From a virus (lineage: Duplodnaviria > Caudoviricetes), in IMG/VR virus record IMGVR_UViG_3300048861_000251, positions 1 through 38,294 of that record: DNA of 38,294 bases. The stretch is one strand, 5' to 3'. The position numbers and the translations under genes are program-made. How positions within the stretch are numbered: position 1 is the stretch's first letter; each line of letters opens with the position of its first letter. The notes below the pieces were generated by a model. It searched no databases. It worked only from the letters and a program-made list of their open reading frames with translations, and was not told where the DNA came from. This document shows, piece by piece, positions 8,312 to 17,577 of this stretch.

Positions 8312-10730
8312 ACGAACCTCCCGCCTGACAATAGCTAAGATGACCATCGGCCAACGACAAAACGACAACTGTAGAAGTACAACTCCCGGTCGGTGCATGA
8401 CCGGGATAGATTGCAAAGAAAGAACCGTTGGCACTCATGGATATGCCCGCGCCCCAGAGAGTCCCATTGATGACTCCGTAGTTCGTGCCCTCGACCGCAG
8501 AGCCATCTAACGCAGGCGTGAAGACGTACAAAGCCCTATCGGTGTTTGTTGTGTCGTACGAGAATCCTCCACCAGTTCCGCCTACTGTGAAATTGGTGTA
8601 GTCATTTCCTGAGTTAGCAACATTCAGCAGAGTATGAGTTCCATCGGTGACGGTTGTCCCTGTCGTTGAAGAGATTACGTATGGATTGCCGGTGCCTCCG
8701 GCCGGAAGCGACCAGTTGCAGGTCACAACAGAACTGGTTGCCACGGGACAGGTGATGACTTCCCCTGCAACATCTGGAGGCCCACTGGGGAGAACCAATG
8801 TGTATGGAGTAGAGACCGCGCTTGGTGCTGTGAGTGTGACTGCGTTGGTGATGGGTGCTGGTGTGACTCCACCGGTAAGGGTGAAGTTTCCTGCTCCCGG
8901 GCCTGTGGCATTGAACGTTGGTGCGGTAACTGTCCCGGTAAACGTCGGACTGGCAACCGGTGCTTTAGCATTTACTTGTGTCTGAATGGAGCTTGTAGCA
9001 TCGAGAAACCCGAAGGTTGCCGGGGTTACACCGTTCACGGTCTTATTGGTGAGTGTCTGCGTATCAGTCGTTCCTACCAAAGCGCCAGCAGGAGTTGTAA
9101 GCGAAGTCACCCACGCGCTGCCATTCGATACAGCGATACCAGCACCCGGATAGACCATCGAACCACTACCCGAACCTGAGTCTCCCGTGTCGCCTTTCGG
9201 AATGGTGAAGTTGAGAACAGCCGCAGAAGACGTTCCTGTGTTCGTAACCGATGCCGCGGAGCCAGCCGCACCAGTCGTGACAGACCCTACCTCGATAGTG
9301 GCTGCGGTGCCAGCAGAACCTGTATCGCCTTTGGTGCCAGGAATACCTTGTTCGCCCTGAGTACCTTGTTCTCCGGTGTCTCCCTTTACGCCTTGCGTGC
9401 CTGCTGCTCCGGTATCTCCAGTGTCACCTTTCAGCCCTTGAATTCCTTGGTTTCCCTGGTCGCCTTTATCTCCGGGAATACCCTGCTCGCCAGTATCGCC
9501 CTTTACACCCGGAGTGCCTTGCTGTCCGGTTGCTCCTGCCTGAGCCAGTAGCTGCCACTTTGTAGCATCGGTTCCCGGTGTGATGTTTGTGCTCGCCGTA
9601 ACTGCGATGTAGGACGAACCAGAGAAAGCCACAGCATTAAAGTCAGCATAAGCAGTGTTGCTGCTCCACGTGCCGCGCCAGTTGGTGGATCCACCTGATG
9701 CACCTTGTGCGCCAGTGTCGCCCTTGACGCCCTGAATGCCTTGAGGGACAGTGAAGTTGAGTACAGCAGCCGAAGTGGTTCCGGCATTGGTTACATTAGC
9801 AGGTCCGGTTGATACCGTTCCAACAGCGATAGTAGCTGCTGCTCCCGCCGAGCCAGTAGCGCCGGTGTTTCCTTGCGGACCTGTTTCGCCTTGAACGCCA
9901 GGGGTTCCCTTTTCGCCAGTAGCCCCTTGTAGACCTTGGTCTCCCTGATCTCCCTTTACTCCGGGGATACCTTGCTCACCAGTTGCACCTGTCGCACCCG
10001 TGTCGCCTTTAGGACCTTGAATTCCTTGGTCTCCCTTATCGCCTTTAGGACCTTGCGTACCGGTTCCGCCAGAAGCTGCCAAACAGGTGTTCGTAGCGGG
10101 GTTCCAAGCGTTGCCAGCAACAGAGCATCCAGTGAGGCCAGCAACTGCCGCTTGCATCGTAGCCGCGCTGACAGTTCCCCCGCTTCCGCCCGTGACAAGG
10201 ACCTGAGTTCCAGCTACGCACATATAGAGTTGCCCACCACCAAAGTTGCGGATGTAGAAAGAGGGTGCGACACAAACACTCGGAGGTCCAGCTGTCCCAT
10301 AGCTAACCTGAATAGGCTCTACGTTGGTCGTCTTGGCCGGCGGAGCATAAGCGTCAAGAGCCCATGTGGATCCGGTGACATTCGGTACCGTAGACAGAAC
10401 GATCGCTCTCCTCGAGCCGGAGTCAGTGATCTGGATCGAATAAGCGATATTCGCCGGCGTAGTCGTCTGCGCATCCGGGATCTCGCATGAACCGGTGATA
10501 GCTCCGTTCTCGATCGAGCATTGAAAGGCCTGCGATGAGTTCAGTGAACCGTCGCCTACAAACGGGATAGGCGCACCAACAGCATTCACCGGAGTGAACG
10601 TCACGGTACCAGCAGCGATCGTAGAGCCTCCCATCTTGATAGAGGTGGCAGTAATAGTCGTCATCTGGGCAGACGCAGTCAGGCCAACGGCACAAACGAG
10701 TGCCGCGGCTGCTTGTAGCAGTCGGTTCAT
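8295..10730 (-). CDS. Collagen-like fibre protein with signal peptide and a CBM5/12-like module
   Basis: Long G-X-Y runs (GPKGDKGDQGIQ...), two AATI.VG.V..G...VTN.GT.SAAVLNFT.P.G spacers, NWRGTWSSNTAY...W module, signal peptide ending TASA-Q. Confidence 0.85.
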   Translation of the reverse strand: MNRLLQAAAALVCAVGLTASAQMTTITATSIKMGGSTIAAGTVTFTPVNAVGAPIPFVGDGSLNSSQAFQCSIENGAITGSCEIPDAQTTTPANIAYSIQITDSGSRRAIVLSTVPNVTGSTWALDAYAPPAKTTNVEPIQVSYGTAGPPSVCVAPSFYIRNFGGGQLYMCVAGTQVLVTGGSGGTVSAATMQAAVAGLTGCSVAGNAWNPATNTCLAASGGTGTQGPKGDKGDQGIQGPKGDTGATGATGEQGIPGVKGDQGDQGLQGATGEKGTPGVQGETGPQGNTGATGSAGAAATIAVGTVSTGPANVTNAGTTSAAVLNFTVPQGIQGVKGDTGAQGASGGSTNWRGTWSSNTAYADFNAVAFSGSSYIAVTASTNITPGTDATKWQLLAQAGATGQQGTPGVKGDTGEQGIPGDKGDQGNQGIQGLKGDTGDTGAAGTQGVKGDTGEQGTQGEQGIPGTKGDTGSAGTAATIEVGSVTTGAAGSAASVTNTGTSSAAVLNFTIPKGDTGDSGSGSGSMVYPGAGIAVSNGSAWVTSLTTPAGALVGTTDTQTLTNKTVNGVTPATFGFLDATSSIQTQVNAKAPVASPTFTGTVTAPTFNATGPGAGNFTLTGGVTPAPITNAVTLTAPSAVSTPYTLVLPSGPPDVAGEVITCPVATSSVVTCNWSLPAGGTGNPYVISSTTGTTVTDGTHTLLNVANSGNDYTNFTVGGTGGGFSYDTTNTDRALYVFTPALDGSAVEGTNYGVINGTLWGAGISMSANGSFFAIYPGHAPTGSCTSTVVVLSLADGHLSYCQAGGSYAQKF

Positions 10731-10756
10731 TGTGTTTCCTTGTCTTTTAGGGTTGC

Positions 10757-11314
10757 TTAGAGGTTGATCGAGGTTTTAGATGTCGTGTGGCTGTAGGGAG
10801 TGGAATAACGCAGCGTGGTTTCGGCCTTCTCTTTTAGCCTCTGTTGTAGAAGAGTATTGAACGCTGGCAGGTCCGTGTCGACCAACGCAGCCTCGTCACC
10901 ATGTAACTGCACACACACGTTGATGTCTGGAGTCCGTTTGTAATTGCCGAGGAGTTCTTCCCGCGAGAGACTAGCCTTTCAGGACTGAAACTTCTCCTCA
11001 GTGATGGTGCCTGCCTTTCGCATCGCCGGGTAGTGGATAGTTTCATCAGTGCATAGCTTGGCGTGGACCTCGACAACCTTCCGTTCACCTGATGGGTATG
11101 TAGATTCTCCGCAGTTCGGGCAGATGACATTGCCTTCATTGTCGATATGCTCTGACTTATGCGCCACAGCCTCAGAGATGACACCCGGGCAATGTTGACT
11201 CATACAGTGGTGAAGATCAGGGTGAGTGTGGATGTTGCCCCGGGGGGAGTGGAAGCAGAAGTGGTCGTGAGATTCTAAAAGAGATTTAGGCACTTGGAAC
11301 CACTTTCTTGACAA
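10757..11314 (-). pseudogene. His/Cys-rich (CPNC) protein gene interrupted by an in-frame TGA at 10979-10981
   Basis: The frame stays open for 73 more codons after the TGA and ends just before the RBS of the fibre gene. Confidence 0.6.
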
Positions 11315-11534
11315 TCTTCTCTGTGGTCGCGTCGAAGGTGTAGTTGCTCATTCCATCAGTTGTCAGAATGTTGTAAGTGGCCTCGTCAATGCCGACCGGT
11401 TCAGCCAGCACCTTGGGTGTCCCATCAGCGTTCTTCAAACTGACAACATTGATGAGGGGGACAATAGTTGCCATCGGGTTTGCACATACGTGATAAATAT
11501 TGCCGTCTGAATCGTGTTCGAGAAAATAGATCAT
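11286..11534 (-). CDS. Small tail-associated protein (possible fibre chaperone)
   Basis: ATG 11534 lies immediately after the upstream stop; position within the tail operon. Confidence 0.6.
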   Translation of the reverse strand: MIYFLEHDSDGNIYHVCANPMATIVPLINVVSLKNADGTPKVLAEPVGIDEATYNILTTDGMSNYTFDATTEKIVKKVVPSA

Positions 11535-11536
11535 AG

Positions 11537-12046
11537 TTAAATCCACCTGTAAAAACATGTAGTTCCATTCGCTACACTCGGTTCGTAGAACGGGCTGCCG
11601 GGGGTTATGATGCGATCATCACCGACGCCAGTGTTGCAGCGCACTTCAAACCCGCCAACAAATGGAGTAGTTACGTGTAGCGGTTCGTATAAGGTCGTTT
11701 GTGTCTCGTGCTCAGTCCCGCTGCCAGGACTGTCCTCTTCTACACTCCAGAAGATAGCCGGATACGTTGTGTCAGGAACTACCATCGGAATAATTGGAAG
11801 GCCAATCGAAACGTTTGCAAGTCCTCCGCTGATGCCACCGGGGCCTGATACGAAAACACTGCCTGATATCGGGAGAACAGCAGCATTACCTATTCCGTGA
11901 ACGATATAACCCTGAGAGTCGATGATGCCGTACCCATTGAGAGTTAGCATGTTGATCGGAGTGCCATCGCCGAACGCTAAGTTGCCGTTGTTGTCGATGG
12001 TCATTACTACTGCGTTCGCTGTGTCGTCGTGAATGATAACGGGCAT
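11537..12046 (-). CDS. Minor tail/fibre-like protein, paralog 3
   Basis: N-terminus MPVIIHD...IDNNGNLAFG is shared with the two upstream genes. Confidence 0.65.
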   Translation of the reverse strand: MPVIIHDDTANAVVMTIDNNGNLAFGDGTPINMLTLNGYGIIDSQGYIVHGIGNAAVLPISGSVFVSGPGGISGGLANVSIGLPIIPMVVPDTTYPAIFWSVEEDSPGSGTEHETQTTLYEPLHVTTPFVGGFEVRCNTGVGDDRIITPGSPFYEPSVANGTTCFYRWI

Positions 12047-12405
12047 TAGAAAATTGAATACCCCACTGTTTGAGTACCGATGGAAAAGAAGGGGCTGATT
12101 GTGAAGGTGGTTTTAGTGCTATTGAATGCACTAATCACTGCATTGCCGTTTATTGCGCCGAATCCTGCACTCTGAGGGCAACCTACATCCATGGTGGATC
12201 CCCCGAACACATTTACCGCCCCGGTAATTCTAGGCGCCGCGTCAGGCCTAGCTATATTCTGCGCCAAGACTGATCCGTCTAGCAGTGCTCTGCCTTGAAA
12301 GGACAATGGACTGTTTGGGGTTGCGGGTCCAAACTCCGTGTTGCCATTGTTGGCGAACTGTAACCGCTGTGTTCCTGCGCTTGCGTCATTTAGTTGAAAA
12401 GGCAT
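12046..12405 (-). CDS. Minor tail/fibre-like protein, paralog 2
   Basis: N-terminus MPFQLND...FANNGNTEFG. Confidence 0.65.
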   Translation of the reverse strand: MPFQLNDASAGTQRLQFANNGNTEFGPATPNSPLSFQGRALLDGSVLAQNIARPDAAPRITGAVNVFGGSTMDVGCPQSAGFGAINGNAVISAFNSTKTTFTISPFFSIGTQTVGYSIF

Positions 12406-12408
12406 CAG

Positions 12409-12759
12409 TCACCATATGTTGTAGTTGTTTGTAACGTCTGGTCCCGTGTTGTTGAACGTCACGGCTGAATTAGACAAACCTGTCGGGGGAATGGTTGACG
12501 ATACCGCTGGTGCTGCTACGGTGGATACGCCTACTGACGCTGAGCCACCAGTGGGGATAAATATTGAGCCAAAGTAAGCAGCGGGACAGCCGGGACGAAG
12601 TGACCCATCGGCAAACCTCGCGTTTGCATCGAGTACCGCGGCACCTAGTACGGCGATTTTCTGCCCTTGCACCGGTAATGCACCAAGCCCTAGCTGACCG
12701 GCGTTATCTATATAGAACAATATTTGACCGGAGGTCACATCTGCTATCTGGAATGCCAT
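12409..12759 (-). CDS. Minor tail/fibre-like protein, paralog 1
   Basis: Start re-placed to ATG 12759 right after the tip-gene stop; MAFQIAD...IDNAGQLGLG. Confidence 0.65.
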   Translation of the reverse strand: MAFQIADVTSGQILFYIDNAGQLGLGALPVQGQKIAVLGAAVLDANARFADGSLRPGCPAAYFGSIFIPTGGSASVGVSTVAAPAVSSTIPPTGLSNSAVTFNNTGPDVTNNYNIW

Positions 12760-12760
12760 G

Positions 12761-15700
12761 TCAAATCGCCTGGATAGAGTACGTACGGTTTCCAGTGTTG
12801 AGGATGACTTTGAACCCATTGGGGACGACGTTGGCGATGACCTGCGCAGGCACTCCGCTTACCGCGGCCGTATCAGCGGAGGTATTAGACCCAGTTACGT
12901 CTGCTCCCCACTGCGCTGCCGCAGCATAATCCTGTGCCACTGCATTCTTCAAGACAAGGGTGTCTGCGCCTGATGCGAACGCCGAAAGTGACGCGAAAGA
13001 CGCTCCTGATGGAGCAGTCCAATCAAACGTATGAGCCGTAAACCCAGTCGGTAGATCACTGTTCGATACAAAGTCCAAAAGACCCGTGCTAGAACCCGCT
13101 ATGAAGTCGGTTATGTTTGGAGAGTAGTGATCCCCCCAATATACGCGAAGATAGAATGTGCTGCTGCCACTTCCAGACCTAGCTACAGCTGCGTTGAAAG
13201 TGAAACGGTATTTATTTCCAGGCTGTATCGCAAACGTAGGTGAAGCGACCATGTAATTCTGCAAGTCGATGCTGTTAGAGTTACTGTCATAGCCAGCAGA
13301 TCCTTCCGGTGTCCCAAAAGGGGCTGTGAACCAACCTTGGATATTCCGTAAAAGAAAGTCCCCGTTTGGAATAAGGTTTCCTGAAATACCTGCATAAACA
13401 ACGGGCTGGTCCTCTGTTACATCAGCTCCCCATTCCGCCGCCGCGCTGTAATCTTGCACCACAACATGACTAAATACAGGTTGTGCTGTGCCTAGCTGAT
13501 AGAGTGCGATTGAAGCGTAGTGGGTGTCCGGAGGGCATGTCCAATCGTAGGTGTAGGTAGTAGTTAGATTGTTCATGTTGCCAGCCTGAAGGAAATCAAA
13601 GAGGCCTTGATACCCAGCAGCCGGAAGATCGCTAATATTTGGACCATAGGTAGTCCCATAGAAGATGCGATGATAGACGATCCTCGTCCCATCAACCGCT
13701 ACGGACCCTGTAATTTTGATCCTGTACTTCTGACCGGGCTGCACCGCGAAAGTGGGGGAGAATGCGTGTCCACCCTCAGTGAGAACCATTCCTCCGTTCT
13801 CTGCACGATAGGTTGCGGCGGCGGTATCCCAACCTCTCAGGTCTCCTAGAAGGAAGTCACCATTGGGGACGAGGTTGTTGCTCATACCGGTGTAAACTAT
13901 CGGGCCAAGCGACCCGAGGTAGGTTTCAAGTGTAGGGACGAGGAAGTTATCTTGTTCGACAAATTCTGACGCGTCCCCGTTCCCCCGAACTGTAGCTATA
14001 CGGACGTCGTAACTCTGTCCAGCGATAACGGTGGAGATCAAACCAATATTAATGCTGATATCGGCCGTGGGTGCCGAGAACCATGTGCTGCCACCGACCG
14101 GCTGATACTGGATAAGGATGCCTACCGCGGCGTTATCGAGCGGGGTGTCCCAGGTGACCTCGATTACCGGCGTGACGCTACCGTCCTGCCCTACGATGGC
14201 TGTACCCGCACCGGAAAATAGATGCATGTTGGTTGGCGATTGCGGAATAAGCGGAGTCTGAGAAGGTGCAGCCGCCGACGCCAGCACGGTTAGCTCTTCA
14301 ACGGTAGACCAAGCGTAGATTGATGGGTCGGTTTGTTGCACGTTGACCGAGTATCGGATTGACGGGGCCTCGGCATCAGTGCTCACGCTCAGCGACGTAC
14401 CAGTGACTTCAAGCACCTCATTCTCCCAATTCATCTGCGGGAATGTCATGTCGAACGTGTCACATGGTTGGAGGCGGTATGCTCCGAGACTCATCTCCAG
14501 AGTCCCGCTGCCCTGTTTTGCTCGCTGTCTCAACAGATTGATCTTGGCGACTCTCTGACATTGCGTAACGGATAGAACCGTAGGAAGACCGAGTTCCATC
14601 GGACGGATACGTCCACCATCCTGCGTCAACCACTGATTGTTTGGGTAGCCGTGAAGCTGATCCTGTGCATAGTAAGGATAGCTTGACTGCGTAAACTTCA
14701 TGTCGAAGTTGTTTTGAACCTCTTGCTTGTTCTGGTAGTAATTCCCGAACACCGAATATGGATACTCGGCACTTACATGAGTTCCGGTCACGCGGTTAGG
14801 CAAGTCACGCACGGAGCGAGCCGGGTTCCATTGAACGTCAGCAGTGAGAGCGCTCTGATCGAACGTGAGATTAGGGCCGACGTATGTGCCGGGGAAGATG
14901 AACCACTCACCACCAACGTAGCTGATTCGACCAGCCATGCCTGTGAGCATAGCGGACATCACATCTGCCGGTGCTGAGCCGGTGTCATAGGTGTAGTCGC
15001 AGGCATAGCGGGACTCAGTTGTCCCATCGAGCGCCGCAATCGCTACCTGTTCATCACAGATATTTGCTGCTGCAATCCACTGAGCCGTGTTGATGCTGTT
15101 ATCACCTAGACCATACTGCGGGTCGCTAATTACATCAGCGAGCAAAAGAGCTGCATTGTTCGAGAACGCAGTGTTACCGGTGCGCGGGTCGACCACACTC
15201 TTTCCGTTGACGAGAATACGAACTTCGGGACGCTGAGGAAACTGGGAGCTGGCAGTGCACTTGAGATATATGTATGTGCAGCCAACCAGCGAGGGACAGT
15301 CACCGTTCTCCTTCGGTCCCCATGCAGGATCGTTGCCGTTGATAGAGCCCATGTAATCGCTGAATGCTTGGTCGCCATAGCGCGCTTCAACATAAACTTT
15401 GCCGCCGAAATTATAATGAGTGACGCCATCAGGTCCAATCTCGTCATGGTCGAGTGCATTACCGCCGAAACCTACACCATTGCGGACGGTCCAGCCTACT
15501 CCGGAACCCGTGAAAATTACCTTGCGACCGTCTAGAAAGATACCTTGTATTGAATGAATTTCGTGACCGGCGATTACGATCACCTGGTTATACTGGTGAC
15601 CGGTTACGCTCTCATAGATAAGATTCCCACCAACCATCTGTGTGCCGTAAATTATCTGACGGTAAGAGGCAGGCTTCCGGTCGGTGATGTTGATACCGCG

Positions 15701-15877
15701 ACCGCTGGTGAGGGCTTGAGATATAGCGCCAACCTCAGACGAGATTCCGGCCAATGCCAGACCAGCGAGCGCCTTATCAAACCACGGGTTAGCAATGAGT
15801 GCCGGATTGAAAAACGCAGCCGTTCCCAGAGCCGCCGCTCCTGCGAGTTCCGCCGCTCCTACGATTGCCTTAGACAT
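12761..15877 (-). CDS. Tail tip/host-specificity protein (gpJ-like) with Fn3 and tandem CBM-like domains
   Basis: RQIIYG..VGG, NNAALLLAD, WIAAANICDE motifs; Fn3-like YDVRIATV; two NL.PNGDF repeats. Confidence 0.85.
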   Translation of the reverse strand: MSKAIVGAAELAGAAALGTAAFFNPALIANPWFDKALAGLALAGISSEVGAISQALTSGRGINITDRKPASYRQIIYGTQMVGGNLIYESVTGHQYNQVIVIAGHEIHSIQGIFLDGRKVIFTGSGVGWTVRNGVGFGGNALDHDEIGPDGVTHYNFGGKVYVEARYGDQAFSDYMGSINGNDPAWGPKENGDCPSLVGCTYIYLKCTASSQFPQRPEVRILVNGKSVVDPRTGNTAFSNNAALLLADVISDPQYGLGDNSINTAQWIAAANICDEQVAIAALDGTTESRYACDYTYDTGSAPADVMSAMLTGMAGRISYVGGEWFIFPGTYVGPNLTFDQSALTADVQWNPARSVRDLPNRVTGTHVSAEYPYSVFGNYYQNKQEVQNNFDMKFTQSSYPYYAQDQLHGYPNNQWLTQDGGRIRPMELGLPTVLSVTQCQRVAKINLLRQRAKQGSGTLEMSLGAYRLQPCDTFDMTFPQMNWENEVLEVTGTSLSVSTDAEAPSIRYSVNVQQTDPSIYAWSTVEELTVLASAAAPSQTPLIPQSPTNMHLFSGAGTAIVGQDGSVTPVIEVTWDTPLDNAAVGILIQYQPVGGSTWFSAPTADISINIGLISTVIAGQSYDVRIATVRGNGDASEFVEQDNFLVPTLETYLGSLGPIVYTGMSNNLVPNGDFLLGDLRGWDTAAATYRAENGGMVLTEGGHAFSPTFAVQPGQKYRIKITGSVAVDGTRIVYHRIFYGTTYGPNISDLPAAGYQGLFDFLQAGNMNNLTTTYTYDWTCPPDTHYASIALYQLGTAQPVFSHVVVQDYSAAAEWGADVTEDQPVVYAGISGNLIPNGDFLLRNIQGWFTAPFGTPEGSAGYDSNSNSIDLQNYMVASPTFAIQPGNKYRFTFNAAVARSGSGSSTFYLRVYWGDHYSPNITDFIAGSSTGLLDFVSNSDLPTGFTAHTFDWTAPSGASFASLSAFASGADTLVLKNAVAQDYAAAAQWGADVTGSNTSADTAAVSGVPAQVIANVVPNGFKVILNTGNRTYSIQAI

Positions 15878-16367
15878 TTACCAACTCCTGATCTTTCTTC
15901 GGTGGAGTCCACTCGTGCGCATCACCTAGACTCCATGCCCGGGTAATATCAATGATCGAGAACAGCGCAAGACCACTATCACCCGGCGACAATACGTGCC
16001 GGCCGTTTAGAGACACTATTCCTGCAATCTCCCCACCGTCGCCGTTGCGGACAATCACCAGATCTCCACGCTTAGCCATCAGCGGATATTGGTGCTCGAT
16101 GAGACCATGCTTCTCTGCGCAGTATGCAGCAGCGTCGACCACGGTGGATCCTCCAGCTACCGCCTTTACGCTCTTGAATGCACCGCGTTCCGTGGTGTAC
16201 TTGCCGCGGAAGTCGTCAGCAATATCCGTGCCAGTGATGGCCTTAATTGCGTCAGCCGCGAACGTTGCACAGTCATTCGAACCCCAAGCAAAGGGTACGT
16301 TTCGACGTTGCACAAGGAACTCTGGGAAGTCCTCAGTGAGCCAGTGCTCTTTCTTAACTAGACTCAT
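15870..16367 (-). CDS. Tail-associated NlpC/P60-like protein
   Basis: PFAWGSNDCATFAAD and AKRGDLV motifs; position between the minor tail and tip genes. Confidence 0.85.
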   Translation of the reverse strand: MSLVKKEHWLTEDFPEFLVQRRNVPFAWGSNDCATFAADAIKAITGTDIADDFRGKYTTERGAFKSVKAVAGGSTVVDAAAYCAEKHGLIEHQYPLMAKRGDLVIVRNGDGGEIAGIVSLNGRHVLSPGDSGLALFSIIDITRAWSLGDAHEWTPPKKDQELVNV

Positions 16368-16921
16368 TGCCAGGGCCTCAGTGCCACATTGTTAAGTTGT
16401 TCGACATAATCGAAGCCGGAGTCATGCGGGTATACAGAACGCTGGTCAGCGCTCGTATATTTGGTGCTGCTTGCCCGTGCGAAGTCGATAACTTTGCTTT
16501 CGAGGTTGAGCGTGATCGAAATTGCATCTACGCCCATCGAGATAGAAGGTTTGTCGATGATTCCACCGAATATCTGATAAGGGTTGCCAAGGATAGCCCC
16601 GGTGACATCCATTGCCCCAATCCATAGGAGTACCTGCAGTCCGGATTGGATGTCGTCCAGAGATTCGCCCATGAGGACCGGGTCGATTCCGCTCAGCTTT
16701 ACATAGGTGCCTTGAGCTTGGACTTCTATACTCTCAGCGATAGATCCGACCTCTGCGAACGAACCCACACCGACGAAGGTCTGCCCATCTACGACGATAG
16801 TCCCCACTCCACTCCAGACGCGCTGAATGCTCGTCTTGAACTGCAACGTAGCCATGAAAAAAGGAATCAGCGTACCGCTGTTGAAAGCCGCGGCAAGGGT
16901 GGCGTCTAGTCCAGTTCTCAT
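16364..16921 (-). CDS. Minor tail/hub protein
   Basis: Start re-placed to ATG 16921 (ATGA overlap); LSGID and DQRSVYPHDSGFDYV motifs. Confidence 0.75.
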   Translation of the reverse strand: MRTGLDATLAAAFNSGTLIPFFMATLQFKTSIQRVWSGVGTIVVDGQTFVGVGSFAEVGSIAESIEVQAQGTYVKLSGIDPVLMGESLDDIQSGLQVLLWIGAMDVTGAILGNPYQIFGGIIDKPSISMGVDAISITLNLESKVIDFARASSTKYTSADQRSVYPHDSGFDYVEQLNNVALRPWQ

Positions 16922-17559
16922 CGGTACTCCTGAATGTCCATGGTGATGTTCGAGAGCTTCGTATAGTCGAAGTCCCAACTCTGATCGTTAGTCGCCAACC
17001 GAAACAGACCTTGAGTATTGCTGGTGGTAACGGCACCACTCGGAACCTCGCGCAAAGATGGCCAGATAGCAATAGCAGCCTTGCCGCTACCATCTACGTT
17101 TACCGTGTCAAGCACTCGATATAGCCGGAAGCCAACTTGAATGTAGTCGCCAGCGAGTAGCACACCTGATACATTCGCTACCCATCCAAATGTGTGGAGG
17201 GTAGAACCTCCGGCGGGCATAGTGATGGAAGTGTCTACCGTAGGCGCGCCTTGTGGATTACCGCGGGGAGTTGTCTTGAGCGGATCTCCGAGAAGGAAGG
17301 CATTTGACATTCCCTGTAACTGCATGAGTGCAGCCACCCATACATCAGCCTGCGCTGGAGTCAGCGGAGGAAGTGTAAGCTTCCCTTTCCAAAGATCAGC
17401 ACCAGGCCATCGTTGTGCTTGTGTCTGGCCCGTGAATACGCTCGTTACGATCGCAACCTTGTTTGAGGCAGTGAGAGAGACCGTTCGGTGACCTGGAGTT
17501 GTCGGCAGCGTAACTAACTGCACAGGGTTTCCACCGACAGTAATTGTCTGAACGGGCAT
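16918..17559 (-). CDS. Distal-tail-like protein
   Basis: First gene after the tape measure; SVFTGQTQ and IWPSLR motifs. Confidence 0.7.
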   Translation of the reverse strand: MPVQTITVGGNPVQLVTLPTTPGHRTVSLTASNKVAIVTSVFTGQTQAQRWPGADLWKGKLTLPPLTPAQADVWVAALMQLQGMSNAFLLGDPLKTTPRGNPQGAPTVDTSITMPAGGSTLHTFGWVANVSGVLLAGDYIQVGFRLYRVLDTVNVDGSGKAAIAIWPSLREVPSGAVTTSNTQGLFRLATNDQSWDFDYTKLSNITMDIQEYR

Positions 17560-17577
17560 AGATTCCTTTATTTAGTT

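Noticed and set aside
9180-10065. Short nucleotide repeats as an array
   Set aside because: Explained by collagen G-X-Y coding.
10834-11184. 116-aa alternative-frame ORF as a frameshift partner of 10979-11314
   Set aside because: Ser/Arg-rich and non-protein-like; the same-frame continuation past the TGA fits better.
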